A DNA stretch of 64,000 bases from Geminicoccales bacterium. GTDB taxonomy: Bacteria > Pseudomonadota > Alphaproteobacteria > Geminicoccales > Geminicoccaceae. The stretch is from assembly GCA_050633905.1 (NCBI GenBank), contig JBOEHJ010000023.1, positions 43,677-107,676 of the forward strand, written 5' to 3'. Of this stretch, positions 1 to 9,229 are shown piece by piece. The translations under genes were made by a program, and so were the position numbers. The stretch's first letter is position 1. Every line of letters begins with the position of its first letter. The notes under the pieces are model-generated. The model made no database searches. It saw only the letters and a list, made by a program, of their open reading frames with translations, and was not told where the DNA came from.

Positions 1-975
1 GGCGTTGATCTTGTCCAAAACGCCATCAGGCCAGGACGCCGAAAATTCAGTGTCGACATACTGCGCCTGCACATGTTCGCGGAAGGCATTGAGGTCAGGT
101 TCATAGATTTCCATGCCCTCGCCTTCAAGGAATGCCACCAGGTCAGCTTCCTTCTGCAGCTGGTTTTGGCGTCCGCTTTCGGAAGCATCGTCAGCGGCTT
201 GTTGAACGATGGCTTGCTGCTCCGCCGAGAGGCCATCCCAGGCGGCTTTCGAGAACGCGACGTAGTTCAGGTCAACCAGGTGCGCCGTCAGCGCGATCTG
301 GCAGGTGACTTCATAGAACTTTGCGTCGACCACGGTCGGCAGCGGGTTGTCCTGGCCGTCGACCGAGGAGGTGGAAAGGGCTGTGTAAACCTCGGTGAAC
401 GCCATGGGCGTAGGGTTGGCGCCGAGTGCTTGGCCCAGGAACTGCCAGGCGTCGGTGCCAGGCATGCGAAGATTAATGCCAGCAAGGTCAGCTGGCGTTT
501 GCACGTCAACCTCGTCCCGGCACTGACGCAGGTTTACATGCCGGCGACCAAGATACATCACGGACAGCAGCTTGACCCCAAGTTCCTCTTCGACCGTCGC
601 CTTAAACGGGTCCATCAGCGCGTCATTGAACACACGCACCTGATGCTCCGCATCCTGATGAACATAACCGGTGGCGAAGATCGAAAACTCTGGGAAGAAC
701 TGTGCCAGCTCCTGTGCTGACGCAATCGACATCTCCAGATCACCCGAAGCAATGGCTTCAAGCTCTGAATTCTGCGCGATCAGGCTCGCATTGTAATGCG
801 GCTCGTAGGTTGCGAAGCCAGCAACCGCGGGGGCAAAAACCTCCTTCAGCGCGATCGAACGCTGATCTGTGTCTGAAGCTGGAGTCGACATTCTTAACGT
901 GACTTTGTCCTGCGCCATGGCTGGCGCGGCAAGCGCGATCGCGGCCACCAAGGCCACTGACATTCTCAATTTCAT
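1..975 (-). CDS. TRAP transporter solute-binding protein, DctP family (C-terminus runs off the window)
   Basis: Absent from the ORF track because there is no stop in the window. Manual reverse translation from ATG at 975 gives MKLRMSVALVAAIALAAPAMAQDKVTLRMSTP...GINLRMPGTDAWQFLGQALGANPTPMAFTEVYTALSTSSVDGQDNPL...YVDTEFSASWPDGVLDKINA. It has a signal peptide and DctP-like motifs, with a GGGAGG SD 7 nt upstream. The plus-strand ORF 73..720 is antisense noise. Confidence 0.8.
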   Translation of the reverse strand, partial: MKLRMSVALVAAIALAAPAMAQDKVTLRMSTPASDTDQRSIALKEVFAPAVAGFATYEPHYNASLIAQNSELEAIASGDLEMSIASAQELAQFFPEFSIFATGYVHQDAEHQVRVFNDALMDPFKATVEEELGVKLLSVMYLGRRHVNLRQCRDEVDVQTPADLAGINLRMPGTDAWQFLGQALGANPTPMAFTEVYTALSTSSVDGQDNPLPTVVDAKFYEVTCQIALTAHLVDLNYVAFSKAAWDGLSAEQQAIVQQAADDASESGRQNQLQKEADLVAFLEGEGMEIYEPDLNAFREHVQAQYVDTEFSASWPDGVLDKINA

Positions 976-1244
976 GATTTTTCCTCCCTGTTTTCTTATG
1001 ACGATCGAGATTTCAGAATGCTACATGCTGTTAGGCTCTAAGACCAAGACCTACCGTTTAACATGGTCATCAGCTTGGCGCTTCGTTGCAAACCTTTGTG
1101 GCTTCCCCGTCGGTGACCATTGATCCAAGTGTGACACGAAGTGGAAGTCCATTAGCCTTGTGTTATCAATAAGTTCCTAAAACCGAACATCGCGAATCGT
1201 TGAGAGCCGGGGGCGCCGTGTGAGAAACATAGTTTAGAGAATTC

Positions 1245-1643
1245 CTAAATTACCTTCTCCAAGACGAATTTCCCTCCCACAGCGACAGCAAGATCAAAAG
1301 GTTGATAATATCGACCTGCCGAAAACCGGTTTCGGCACCTCGTTCGCGGGTTTTGAAAGTCTGCTGTCGGCCCGCAAGATAGCCTGAGGCCGGCCGCACT
1401 TCCAGTCGAGGTCTGCGCGGGCATTTTGTTCAGCAAGCTATCGAGGGCCTTACGCTCATCGTCATCGAGGCGGGCGGGCATTGCTTTTTCCGCCTCAACG
1501 CAGATGATCATCGCCTCTTCGCAGATGTCACGGCCCTCGCTCGTGAGGAACAGGCAGCATTTTCGAGCATCTTTCGGATCAGGTTCGTTGGTGATCAGGC
1601 CCTTGGCGACCAGTGGACGTGGCTCGGGCGCGGTCGGCTCCAA
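1245..1643 (-). pseudogene. MarR-family regulator remnant (C-terminal half only; N-terminal wHTH lost at the IS junction)
   Basis: Residues RPLVAKGLITNEPDPKDARKCCLFLTSEGRDICEEAMIICVEAEKAMPARLDDDERKALDSLLNKM resemble the wing, dimerisation helix and C-terminus of MarR proteins. No N-terminal DNA-binding half is present. The homology stops where the transposase fragment starts (about 1625-1640). Confidence 0.5.
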
Positions 1644-1892
1644 TGTTCAGGCCGCCGTCGAGACGGAGCACCATCTGATCATCGCTCACGACGTGATCCA
1701 GAGTGGCAGTGATCGGGCATCCTTGGCGCCGATGGCAAACAAGGCCGAGGAAGTCTTGGGTGTCGACGAACTCGATGTGGCTGCCGATCGAGGATATTTC
1801 AGTTCCGAGCAACAGCCAGGCCGACGTCACCGTCACGCTGCCCAAGCCAATGACAACCGGCGTGAACGCCAACGGGCAGTTCGGCAAGCCGT
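1639..1892 (+). mobile_element. Internal fragment of an IS1182/IS5-type DDE transposase gene, frameshifted
   Basis: NVQAAVETEHHLIIAHDVIQSGSDRASLAPMANKAEEVLGVDELDVAADRGYFSSEQ (frame of ORF 1426..1965) continues in another frame as ADVTVTLPKPMTTGVNANGQFGKP (ORF 1703..2008). This is the typical DDE-region motif order for this transposase family. There is no intact ORF and I found no inverted repeats. Confidence 0.6.
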
Positions 1893-2211
1893 CACCACAT
1901 CATTGCCAGACGCAAGAGCAAGCTCAATCTCTCGAAGTAATTTCAGAATGTGTTCGTCTGAATGACGTTTCCGGGCCATCATCAAAACTCGCCGTGGGAA
2001 CTCGTTGATGACCCGAATCGAGGGGACTAAGACATTACAGCATCGCCACCTGCACTGTCACGACACCCGACACCACGACATCGCATCAAGGCTTCCGGCT
2101 GGCGTTTGATGGTTGACGTCCTTTACGGCTCCTTAAGAAGGCTGTCACAATGCTCATCAAGGGGTGCGTAGGTCAAATATCGAGGCTCTTGGCCTCCAGC
2201 TATAGGGCTCT

Positions 2212-3021
2212 TTGATGTCCCAAGAAAAAACGAAGCTCCCGGTCGCCATCACAGGAGCAGGAGCAGGAATAGGTTATGCCATGGCGAAGACATTCGCCGA
2301 GGCTGGTCATCCTATTGCAATCATCGATGTTGATCGCGACAAGGCGGAGCGGGCGGCAACAACCGTTGCGGATAAAACAGGCGTTGCAGTGATCGGCGTT
2401 CATGCCGATATCGCCGATAGCGCATCCAGTAAAGAAGCACACCGAACCATCGTAGCGACGCTCGGGCCACCTGGCGTACTGATCAACAATGCCGGCATCA
2501 TGCCGCAGAAAAAGGGGTGGGTTGAAGAGCTGCCGGAAGCAGACTTTGATCGAATGCTCGATATCCACATATGCGGCTCGGTGACATGGTCCCGTCTCGT
2601 TCTGCCCGCTATGCGGAAGGCCGGCTTCGGACGTATCATCAATATGTCATCAGCCAATGCAGTGCTCGCCGTTCCCCATCGCCTCGCCTATGTCACGGCC
2701 AAGAAAGCGATCCTCGGTCTGACCGAAGGTCTGGCGCTCGACTGTGCTCGCGCCGGGATCACGGTGAATGCGATTCTGCCCGGCTACATCTTGACCGAGA
2801 CATTGGCCGAGCGGGCAGAGCAAGGCATGTTGAATAAGAACGACTATGGTGAGCGTACGCCGGTTGGCCGATGGGGTGAGCCTGACGAGATCGCGCGCGT
2901 TGCGCTCTTCCTCGCTGATACGGCCTCTTCCTTCATCACCGGCGCCAAATTCGTTATCGATGGCGGCCTGACCATTCGTGGCGATCCTGGTGAGGATATC
3001 GATCGCTCGCCCTTCGCATAA
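2212..3021 (+). CDS. Short-chain dehydrogenase/reductase (SDR) family oxidoreductase
   Basis: Has the TGAGAGIG cofactor motif, NNAG, and NMSS...YVTAKKAILGLTEGLALD (catalytic S/Y-x3-K). An ATG at 2215 is an alternative start. Confidence 0.85.
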   Translation: MMSQEKTKLPVAITGAGAGIGYAMAKTFAEAGHPIAIIDVDRDKAERAATTVADKTGVAVIGVHADIADSASSKEAHRTIVATLGPPGVLINNAGIMPQKKGWVEELPEADFDRMLDIHICGSVTWSRLVLPAMRKAGFGRIINMSSANAVLAVPHRLAYVTAKKAILGLTEGLALDCARAGITVNAILPGYILTETLAERAEQGMLNKNDYGERTPVGRWGEPDEIARVALFLADTASSFITGAKFVIDGGLTIRGDPGEDIDRSPFA

Positions 3022-3098
3022 AAACGCCCCGCGGGCTTCAGGGAGACTGACAAACTATGAACGATGCACGGTCAAAGTGCTACTCGGCGTCGAACAGG

Positions 3099-3359
3099 AT
3101 GCGGAGGCCATGCTGTGAAGGTCGCGCTCAAGACGCCGCGTGTGATTCCATGAATATGGAGGAAGGCACCTAAGTCGCCTGGCGAGTGCAGCCGGGGGAT
3201 AACTTCACCGAGAGCGACATCCTCTACGAGATCGAAACCGAAAAAGTGGGCAACAAAGTTGAAGCACCCTGTTACGGCGTCATGCTGGAGCATCTCGCCG
3301 ACGAAGGTGATGACACTCCGATTAGCGACGATGTTTGCGGCATCGACAAGCAAGACTAG
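3099..3359 (+). pseudogene. Stand-alone lipoyl/biotinyl-attachment domain ORF interrupted by an in-frame TAA
   Basis: Manual translation gives MRRPCCEGRAQDAACDSMNMEEGT*VAWRVQPGDNFTESDILYEIETEKVGNKVEAPCYGVMLEHLADEGDDTPISDDVCGIDKQD. The MEEGT-x-W-V-x-GD and E-T-E-K-V motifs match E2 lipoyl domains. The TAA lies at 3171-3173. The 171-aa minus-strand ORF 3072..3587 is rejected. Confidence 0.55.
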
Positions 3360-3392
3360 AGTGAGGTTTGTGTCATTCATCGGGGGCGCATA

Positions 3393-4187
3393 ATGGGAAG
3401 GCTGGCATCCTACCGCATGCTCGTGTTTGGCCTCGCTGCGGTGACCGGCTGGATCGTCCTTTGGGCGTGGTTGACACGCGAAGGCGGTCCCGTCCCGGCT
3501 CTCTATTTCCCTCCACCGGAAGACGTCCTGAACCGGTTTTGGCGGATGTGGACGCGGCCCTATATCGGCAGCACGCTCTTTGAGCACATTCTCAGCAGCC
3601 TTTACATCGTCCTTTCAGGTTGGAGTTTGGCTGCGCTCGTTGGCGTTCCGCTGGGCATTGCGATGGCTTGGTGGTCGAAGCTCAAATGGATCGTCTTTCC
3701 CATCTTTCAAATCATCCGTCCGGTGCCACCACTTGCATGGATACCGCTCACCATTCTCTGGCTGGGAATTGGCGACGTTGCTCGGATGTCGGTCGTGTTC
3801 ATTGCAGCCCTGGTGCCCTGGCTGATGAACTCGATGCTTGCCGTTTATTCAGTCGACAAGCTCTTGATCGATGCAGGCAAGACGCTTGGTGCAAGCGACA
3901 GGCAGATTCTGACGCGCATCGTCTGTCGCACCGCCATGCCGACGCTCGTAGCCGCCGCACGCATGGCGTTGGGAAGTGCGTGGTCAACACTGGTGGCCGC
4001 CGAGATTTTGGCGGCGACGGCGGGGCTTGGCTATATAGCGGTCAACGCGTCGCAATTGCTGGACACGGACGTTCTGATCGTTGCGATGATCATGATCGGG
4101 ATTTTGGGCATCGCGCTCACCGCTCTCATCGAACTCGCTCAGTACATCCTGGCACCTTGGTCCGTTCGCGGCGAACGGAGGGACTAG
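3393..4187 (+). CDS. ABC transporter permease, NitT/TauT (nitrate/sulfonate/bicarbonate) family
   Basis: A 264-aa multi-TM protein with a BPD_transp_1-like core (ALVGVPLGIAMAWW...PPLAWIPLTILWLGIGD...). It is the first of two tandem permease genes. Confidence 0.85.
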   Translation: MGRLASYRMLVFGLAAVTGWIVLWAWLTREGGPVPALYFPPPEDVLNRFWRMWTRPYIGSTLFEHILSSLYIVLSGWSLAALVGVPLGIAMAWWSKLKWIVFPIFQIIRPVPPLAWIPLTILWLGIGDVARMSVVFIAALVPWLMNSMLAVYSVDKLLIDAGKTLGASDRQILTRIVCRTAMPTLVAAARMALGSAWSTLVAAEILAATAGLGYIAVNASQLLDTDVLIVAMIMIGILGIALTALIELAQYILAPWSVRGERRD

Positions 4188-4190
4188 CGC

Positions 4191-5015
4191 GTGATCGATA
4201 CAATGCTGGCGCAGATGGGTGTGGTTTCGATGAGAGGGAAATCAATCGCTTATGGCACGTTGTCGCTGACCATGCTCATCCTCGCCTGGTTCTTGTCCAC
4301 CAGCGTTTTTGGCTTGATTGAGCCCCGCGTCCTCCCCTCGCCTGCTGACGTGGCACAGAAATATTTCCTGCATGTGACCGAGCCGTTCAGCGGGCTTACC
4401 CTATCCGGTCACGTTCTTGCGTCGCTGGAACGATGGGGATGGGGTGTATTCTTCGGCTTGATCATCGGCATCCCCGTTGGTGTTTTTTTCGCCTGGGCGC
4501 CTTGGTTCAAAACAATCGTCAATCCAATCTTCGAGCTTCTTCATTTCATCCCGCCATTTGCCTATATTCCGCTTGCCGTCCTCTGGTTCGGCGCGTCGAC
4601 GGCGACGCAAGCGATGGTGGTTTTCGTCGCTGCCTTCCCAGCCTTTGTGATCAACGCGCAATTGGGCGTGTCGCAGGTTGAGAAAATCTATATCGACGCG
4701 GCGCGTGTGTTTGGCGCCAATCAGGCAGCAATCTTGCGTCGCGTCGTCATTCCTGCCGCTGCTCCGAGCATCTACACAGGGTTGCGCATTTCGATCAGTA
4801 ATGGATGGATGGCTCTGGTCGGTGCTGAGCTCGTGGTCGGTAAAGTTGGATTGGGTTTCATGATTTCTCAGGGCCAAGAAAACGCCTCTGTTACCACGAT
4901 TTTTGTCGGTCTCATCACCATAGGAATTCTGGGCGTCCTGATCGACACAGTTGTTCAAAGGAGTGAGCGATACTTGCTGCCATGGCGTAAGAACGTCATG
5001 GTGAACGGCAGGTAA
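4191..5015 (+). CDS. ABC transporter permease, NitT/TauT family (second subunit)
   Basis: A paralogous permease (IPPFAYIPLAVLWFGAS...) with a GTG start 4 nt after the previous stop. Confidence 0.85.
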   Translation: MIDTMLAQMGVVSMRGKSIAYGTLSLTMLILAWFLSTSVFGLIEPRVLPSPADVAQKYFLHVTEPFSGLTLSGHVLASLERWGWGVFFGLIIGIPVGVFFAWAPWFKTIVNPIFELLHFIPPFAYIPLAVLWFGASTATQAMVVFVAAFPAFVINAQLGVSQVEKIYIDAARVFGANQAAILRRVVIPAAAPSIYTGLRISISNGWMALVGAELVVGKVGLGFMISQGQENASVTTIFVGLITIGILGVLIDTVVQRSERYLLPWRKNVMVNGR

Positions 5016-5027
5016 GGCGCGAGAAGA

Positions 5028-5858
5028 ATGAATTCAGCCGCAACCAACGCACCGCTTGAACACACAGCACGACCCAAGCTGGAACTTCGGTCCATCACCA
5101 AATGGTTTGGGTCGGAGGAAACTGGAATCTGTGCGGTCGATGACTGCACCTTGAGCGTCGACGAAGGTGAGTTCGTCTGTGTTGTTGGGCCTTCCGGCTG
5201 CGGTAAATCAACACTGATGACCATCGGCGCCGGATTGGAGGCGCCGACCCATGGCGACGTTCTCATCGATGGCCAGCCCGCAGGCCCACCGGGGCCAAGG
5301 CGTTGCGTGGTCTTCCAGAAATTTGCGCTCTTCCCCTCCGAAACTGCTGAGCAGAACATCAAGTTCGGTCTTCAGATGACCGGCGTTGCTAGGGACGAAC
5401 AGGAACGCCGCCTCATCGAGCAGCTTAAAATCATGGGATTGGAGCAATTTCGAAAGGCCTATCCGAGCGAGTTGTCCGGCGGCATGCAGCAGCGGGTCGC
5501 GATCGCGCGGGCGCTGGTGATGCAGCCGGAGATCTTGCTGATGGACGAACCCTTTGGCGCTCTGGATGCGCAGACGCGCACCATCCTCCAAGAAGAAGTC
5601 CAACGCCTGCACCGAGACCAGCACTACACGGTCCTCTTCATCACTCACTCGGTGGAAGAGGCGGTTTATCTCGGCGACAGGGTCATCGTGATGACCCGAA
5701 GGCCCGGTCGCATCAAAAAGGAACTCGAACTGCCACGTGATGCCGCCTGGAAACTGGGCGATATCGAAGCTGCGGCAGAACACCCTGACTTCATCGAAGC
5801 ACGCCGCGAGATCTGGGCGCTGGTTCGTGAAGAGATTATTGCCGGTCAGGCAAGTTAA
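5028..5858 (+). CDS. ABC transporter ATP-binding protein, NitT/TauT family
   Basis: Walker A GPSGCGKST, signature LSGGMQQRVAIARAL, Walker B LLMDEPFGALD. Confidence 0.9.
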   Translation: MNSAATNAPLEHTARPKLELRSITKWFGSEETGICAVDDCTLSVDEGEFVCVVGPSGCGKSTLMTIGAGLEAPTHGDVLIDGQPAGPPGPRRCVVFQKFALFPSETAEQNIKFGLQMTGVARDEQERRLIEQLKIMGLEQFRKAYPSELSGGMQQRVAIARALVMQPEILLMDEPFGALDAQTRTILQEEVQRLHRDQHYTVLFITHSVEEAVYLGDRVIVMTRRPGRIKKELELPRDAAWKLGDIEAAAEHPDFIEARREIWALVREEIIAGQAS

Positions 5859-5883
5859 AACATCAGCCAAAAGGGAGACGATA

Positions 5884-6897
5884 ATGAACAAAAAAGCACG
5901 ATCGACTGTGATGGCATGCGCCTTGGCACTTGGCGTCGCCGGACCCGCCTGGTCGCAGACCAAGCTCGATCTGAACAGCCAACCGAACGAAGCCGGTTTC
6001 CCCATGTGGCTTGCCAACGATCTCGGATATTTCAACGACAACGGGCTCGAAGTCGCCATCGAGTATTTCCCGAACGGCGGTGCAGCCTTGGCGACGGGTG
6101 CGACGGGTCAATGGCAGGCTGGCTGGACCGGTGGCCCTCCGGCGGTGTCCGGCTGGGAAAAGTTCCAGCTGGTCTCAGTCGGCGCTATGCAGAAAGAATC
6201 TCAGAACCTGAAGCTCGTCATGCGCAACGACGCCATGGAGGGCAAATCACCGGCCGAGGCGCTCCTCGCGACAAAGATTGGCACTGTTCCAAATTCCACC
6301 TGGAGCCAGGTTCTCTACGCCTGCGCTGCCCATCTTGGCGTTGAGGATCCGGAAGCGCTGGATGTCGTCCCGCTTACGCCGGCTGTGACCATTCAGTCGC
6401 TGCAGAGTGGCGATCTCGGGGCCGGCACGACAGCTGCGTCCGCCGACTTACCGCTGATCAACGACAACGAGAACTATACCATGGTGTGTGACGGCAAGAT
6501 CGCTGGCACCGAGGTCATCGCGCCCTACATCGTGACCAAAACGTTCTGGGACGAAGATCCGACATCAGCCGCTGCCTTTGTCGAGGCCGTCTACAGGGCT
6601 AACGAATATATCAACGCCACCGATCCGACCAAAGTGGTCGAGCATGTTCTGGCCTATTACGCCGACACCGGCATCGAAGGCGATGACGTCAAAGCCGAGT
6701 ACGCTATGCGCATGCGCGACTGGGTCACGTTGGATGAAGCCATCGCGGACGTGGATTCCGGTCTGACTAATGAGACGCTGACCGGTGCTGCGGAGGTCTT
6801 GGTCGCCGGCGGTGCTCGTGACACGGTGCCGGACTTCGGACCGATGCAGCCACTCGCTCTGGAAATCCTAGAGGCCGCCAAGGCCCTCCGAAACTAG
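5884..6897 (+). CDS. ABC transporter periplasmic substrate-binding protein (NMT1/THI5-like, sulfonate/taurine-type)
   Basis: ATG at 5884 follows a GGGAGA SD. The signal peptide is MNKKARSTVMACALALGVAGPAWSQ. It is the last gene of the permease-permease-ATPase-SBP operon. The longer ORF from 5737 overlaps the ATPase gene and is less likely. Confidence 0.8.
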   Translation: MNKKARSTVMACALALGVAGPAWSQTKLDLNSQPNEAGFPMWLANDLGYFNDNGLEVAIEYFPNGGAALATGATGQWQAGWTGGPPAVSGWEKFQLVSVGAMQKESQNLKLVMRNDAMEGKSPAEALLATKIGTVPNSTWSQVLYACAAHLGVEDPEALDVVPLTPAVTIQSLQSGDLGAGTTAASADLPLINDNENYTMVCDGKIAGTEVIAPYIVTKTFWDEDPTSAAAFVEAVYRANEYINATDPTKVVEHVLAYYADTGIEGDDVKAEYAMRMRDWVTLDEAIADVDSGLTNETLTGAAEVLVAGGARDTVPDFGPMQPLALEILEAAKALRN

Positions 6898-6993
6898 GTG
6901 GCATGACCACCTCATAGGGTTTGGTCAACCTTCGAAGAAAGAGCCTCGACATGGAAGTGTATGCGGACCTTTGTCGGGATGATGTCGGGGCTC
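6895..6993 (+). repeat. REP/RIME-like palindromic intergenic element, copy R0
   Basis: TAGGTGGCATGACCACCTCAT...GTGTATGCGGACCTTTGTCGGGATGATGTCGGGGCTC starts on the stop codon of the SBP gene. It is closest to copy R4 at 51257. Confidence 0.7.
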
Positions 6994-7037
6994 TTTCTTA
7001 TCGAATGCTAGCCTAGGGCTGAGCGCGCGACGGCGAT

Positions 7038-8561
7038 GTGAGCGGAGGGTATTTCTTGAACATCATTTTGATTCTGGTGGATAGTCTTAACCGCGACTGT
7101 TTGAGCGCCTACAATCCAGAAACGCTCTGCCGCACACCGGTCTTAGATGCGTTCGCCGAAAAGGCGACTGTCTTCGACAATCACTTCATTTCGAGCCTGC
7201 CATGCATGCCAGCCCGGCGCGAAATTTTCTCTGGCCGGAAAGAGTTCATGTGGCGTCCCTGGGGCCCGCTCGAGGTTTTTGATCCGCGCCTGCCGGTGAT
7301 TTTGCGCGACTCCAACTACAACACCGGCATGGTGACGGACCACTATCACTACTGGGAGGAGATGGCGAACGGCTACATGCAGGGGTTTTCGTCCCTGGAA
7401 CTCATTCGCGGTCATGAGACCGATTACTGGAAACTTCCGGAAACCGGTCCGGTTCCGCCCTGGGTCGACAAGATTGCCGAGTTTCGCGCCGCTGTTCATC
7501 CGCGCCAATATTACGCCAATGTAAAAGACTTTGCCGGCGAAAAGGATTTCTTCCCGGCCAAAGTGTTTTCGAAAGCAGCCGATTGGCTAGACGAGAATGC
7601 CTTAAAAGGCCCCTTCTTTCTCCAGGTTGAAAGCTTTGATGTGCATGAGCCATTCGATGTGCCGGAGCCTTATGCCTCCATGTACACCGATGGCTCCAAA
7701 GATGATTTCAACATCTGGCCGCCCTATCAGATCTATGCCGATCAGGACGCCTTCATGGCCCAGACAACGCCGGAAGAACTGGCGTTTTTGAGGGCCCAGT
7801 ATATGGGCAAGACGACGATGGTCGATAAGTGGTTGGGGCAGTTCTTGGAGAAGATCGACGCGCTCGACCTCTGGGATGACACCATGGTCATTTTTACGAC
7901 CGACCACGGTCACGACCTCGGTGAGCGTGGCGTCTTTGGCAAACAGTTTCCGCATTACGACAGCCACGCCAACATCCCGATGATGATCTGGCATCCACAG
8001 AAAAGCGACGGGGCACGAACAGCAGCCCTGACGCAGACAGTCGATCTCTTCGCCACCATCATCGATGCGGCAGGTGCTGCTATCCCGTCAGCAAACCGCC
8101 ATTCACGCAGTCTATTGCCGGCACTCGATGACCAGACCCGGCGCGACGCGATCCTTTACGGAACCTTCGGACAAGGCGTCTGCCTGACAGATGGGGAATG
8201 GACGCTCTTCAAGGCGCCGGTCGGGGACAAGTCGCTCTTTTCCTATTCTACGATGATCAACCGCCCGCTCATCGTCGATAATCCCGTCGACGGCAGGGTG
8301 GGGCGGATGCCCGATCCGCCGGTCGATCAGGGCTATTTTGACCCGACAGTTCCCCTGCCGCTTTGGAAAATGCCGATCACCATTGATCCTCGCACGGAAC
8401 AGAATTTCCTATTTCATCGAAAGAACGATCCAAACCAAGGGACCAATCTATGGGATAAGGAACCGGCTGAGCGTGATCGCCTGCTTGCCCTCATGCGCAC
8501 CATGATCGCCGACGAAGGAGCGCCGCCTGAGCAGTTCGATCGACTAGATCTGCAGCCTTAA
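7038..8561 (+). CDS. Sulfatase (formylglycine-dependent, Cys-type)
   Basis: LILVDSLNRD at the N-terminus and the sulfatase signature C-M-P-A-R-R-E-I-F-S-G-R (SSLPCMPARREIFSGR), plus TTDHGHDLGE. The exact start (GTG 7038) is uncertain. Confidence 0.85.
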   Translation: MSGGYFLNIILILVDSLNRDCLSAYNPETLCRTPVLDAFAEKATVFDNHFISSLPCMPARREIFSGRKEFMWRPWGPLEVFDPRLPVILRDSNYNTGMVTDHYHYWEEMANGYMQGFSSLELIRGHETDYWKLPETGPVPPWVDKIAEFRAAVHPRQYYANVKDFAGEKDFFPAKVFSKAADWLDENALKGPFFLQVESFDVHEPFDVPEPYASMYTDGSKDDFNIWPPYQIYADQDAFMAQTTPEELAFLRAQYMGKTTMVDKWLGQFLEKIDALDLWDDTMVIFTTDHGHDLGERGVFGKQFPHYDSHANIPMMIWHPQKSDGARTAALTQTVDLFATIIDAAGAAIPSANRHSRSLLPALDDQTRRDAILYGTFGQGVCLTDGEWTLFKAPVGDKSLFSYSTMINRPLIVDNPVDGRVGRMPDPPVDQGYFDPTVPLPLWKMPITIDPRTEQNFLFHRKNDPNQGTNLWDKEPAERDRLLALMRTMIADEGAPPEQFDRLDLQP

Positions 8562-8715
8562 TCGCGACCAGCAAAGACCTCTTCGTACTTTCGTCGAGGA
8601 CACTGGCTAAGATGTGGCTTACTGCGCTAAGGCGGAACTCGAACGAGAGCTCGTATCATGACCGAAATGCTGACCAAACTGGAAGCCGCTGATTTCAACA
8701 ACCATTCTTTCTCAA

Positions 8716-9219
8716 CTCGTCGTGAAGATCGCGGGCCAAACACATTATCTGTGGCGTGCCATCGACTATGAAGGTGAGGTACTCGAAGCCTTCGTCACCA
8801 AGACCAAGGACAAAACTTCTGCCTTGAAATTCCACAAAGCCATGAAACGATGTGGCACGCCAAACGTCATTGTCACCGACGGTCTCGCTTCCTACGGGGC
8901 TACCATGAAGGAGATTGGCAACCAAGAGAGACAGCCGACACAACACTATTTGAAGAACCACGTTGAAAACTCACACCAGCCATTCCGACGATGAGAACGG
9001 ACCATGCTGCGATTTCGACGCCTTCGACATCTCCAGAAATTCTCGTCAACACACGCCTTCGTCTACAATCATTTCAACGTCCAGCGCCACCTCTCTTCAA
9101 GACCCATCTTCAAAGCCGACCGAGAGAATGCCGTTCAGGAATGACGCTCATTGACCGCTGCATGAAAGTACGGTCATTGCCGGTCGTCCGCGAGCAATCG
9201 ATTTTGCGCTGACAACGCC
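8716..9219 (+). mobile_element. IS6-family (IS6100-like) element remnant: 5'-truncated transposase gene with in-frame TGA, right inverted repeat retained
   Basis: VKIAGQTHYLWRAIDYEGEVLEAFVTKTKDKTSALKFHKAMKRCGTPNVIVTDGLASYGATMKEIGNQ...YLKNHVENSHQPFRR*ERTMLRFRRLRHLQKFSSTHAFVYNHFNVQRHL is read through the TGA at 8996-8998. TTTGCGCTGACAACGCC (9203-9219) resembles the reverse complement of an IS6-type terminal repeat (GGC..TGT..GCAAA). The N-terminal third of the transposase is absent. Confidence 0.7.
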
Positions 9220-9229
9220 CGCACGCGAC

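Noticed and set aside
73-720. A 215-aa plus-strand ORF at the left edge.
   Set aside because: The minus strand over the same region translates into a clean DctP-family TRAP binding protein with a signal peptide and SD. The plus-strand product has no recognisable features.
3072-3587. A 171-aa minus-strand ORF between the SDR gene and the ABC permease gene.
   Set aside because: It overlaps the start of the permease gene, and its product has no motifs. The plus strand over 3099-3359 encodes a recognisable, though interrupted, lipoyl domain.
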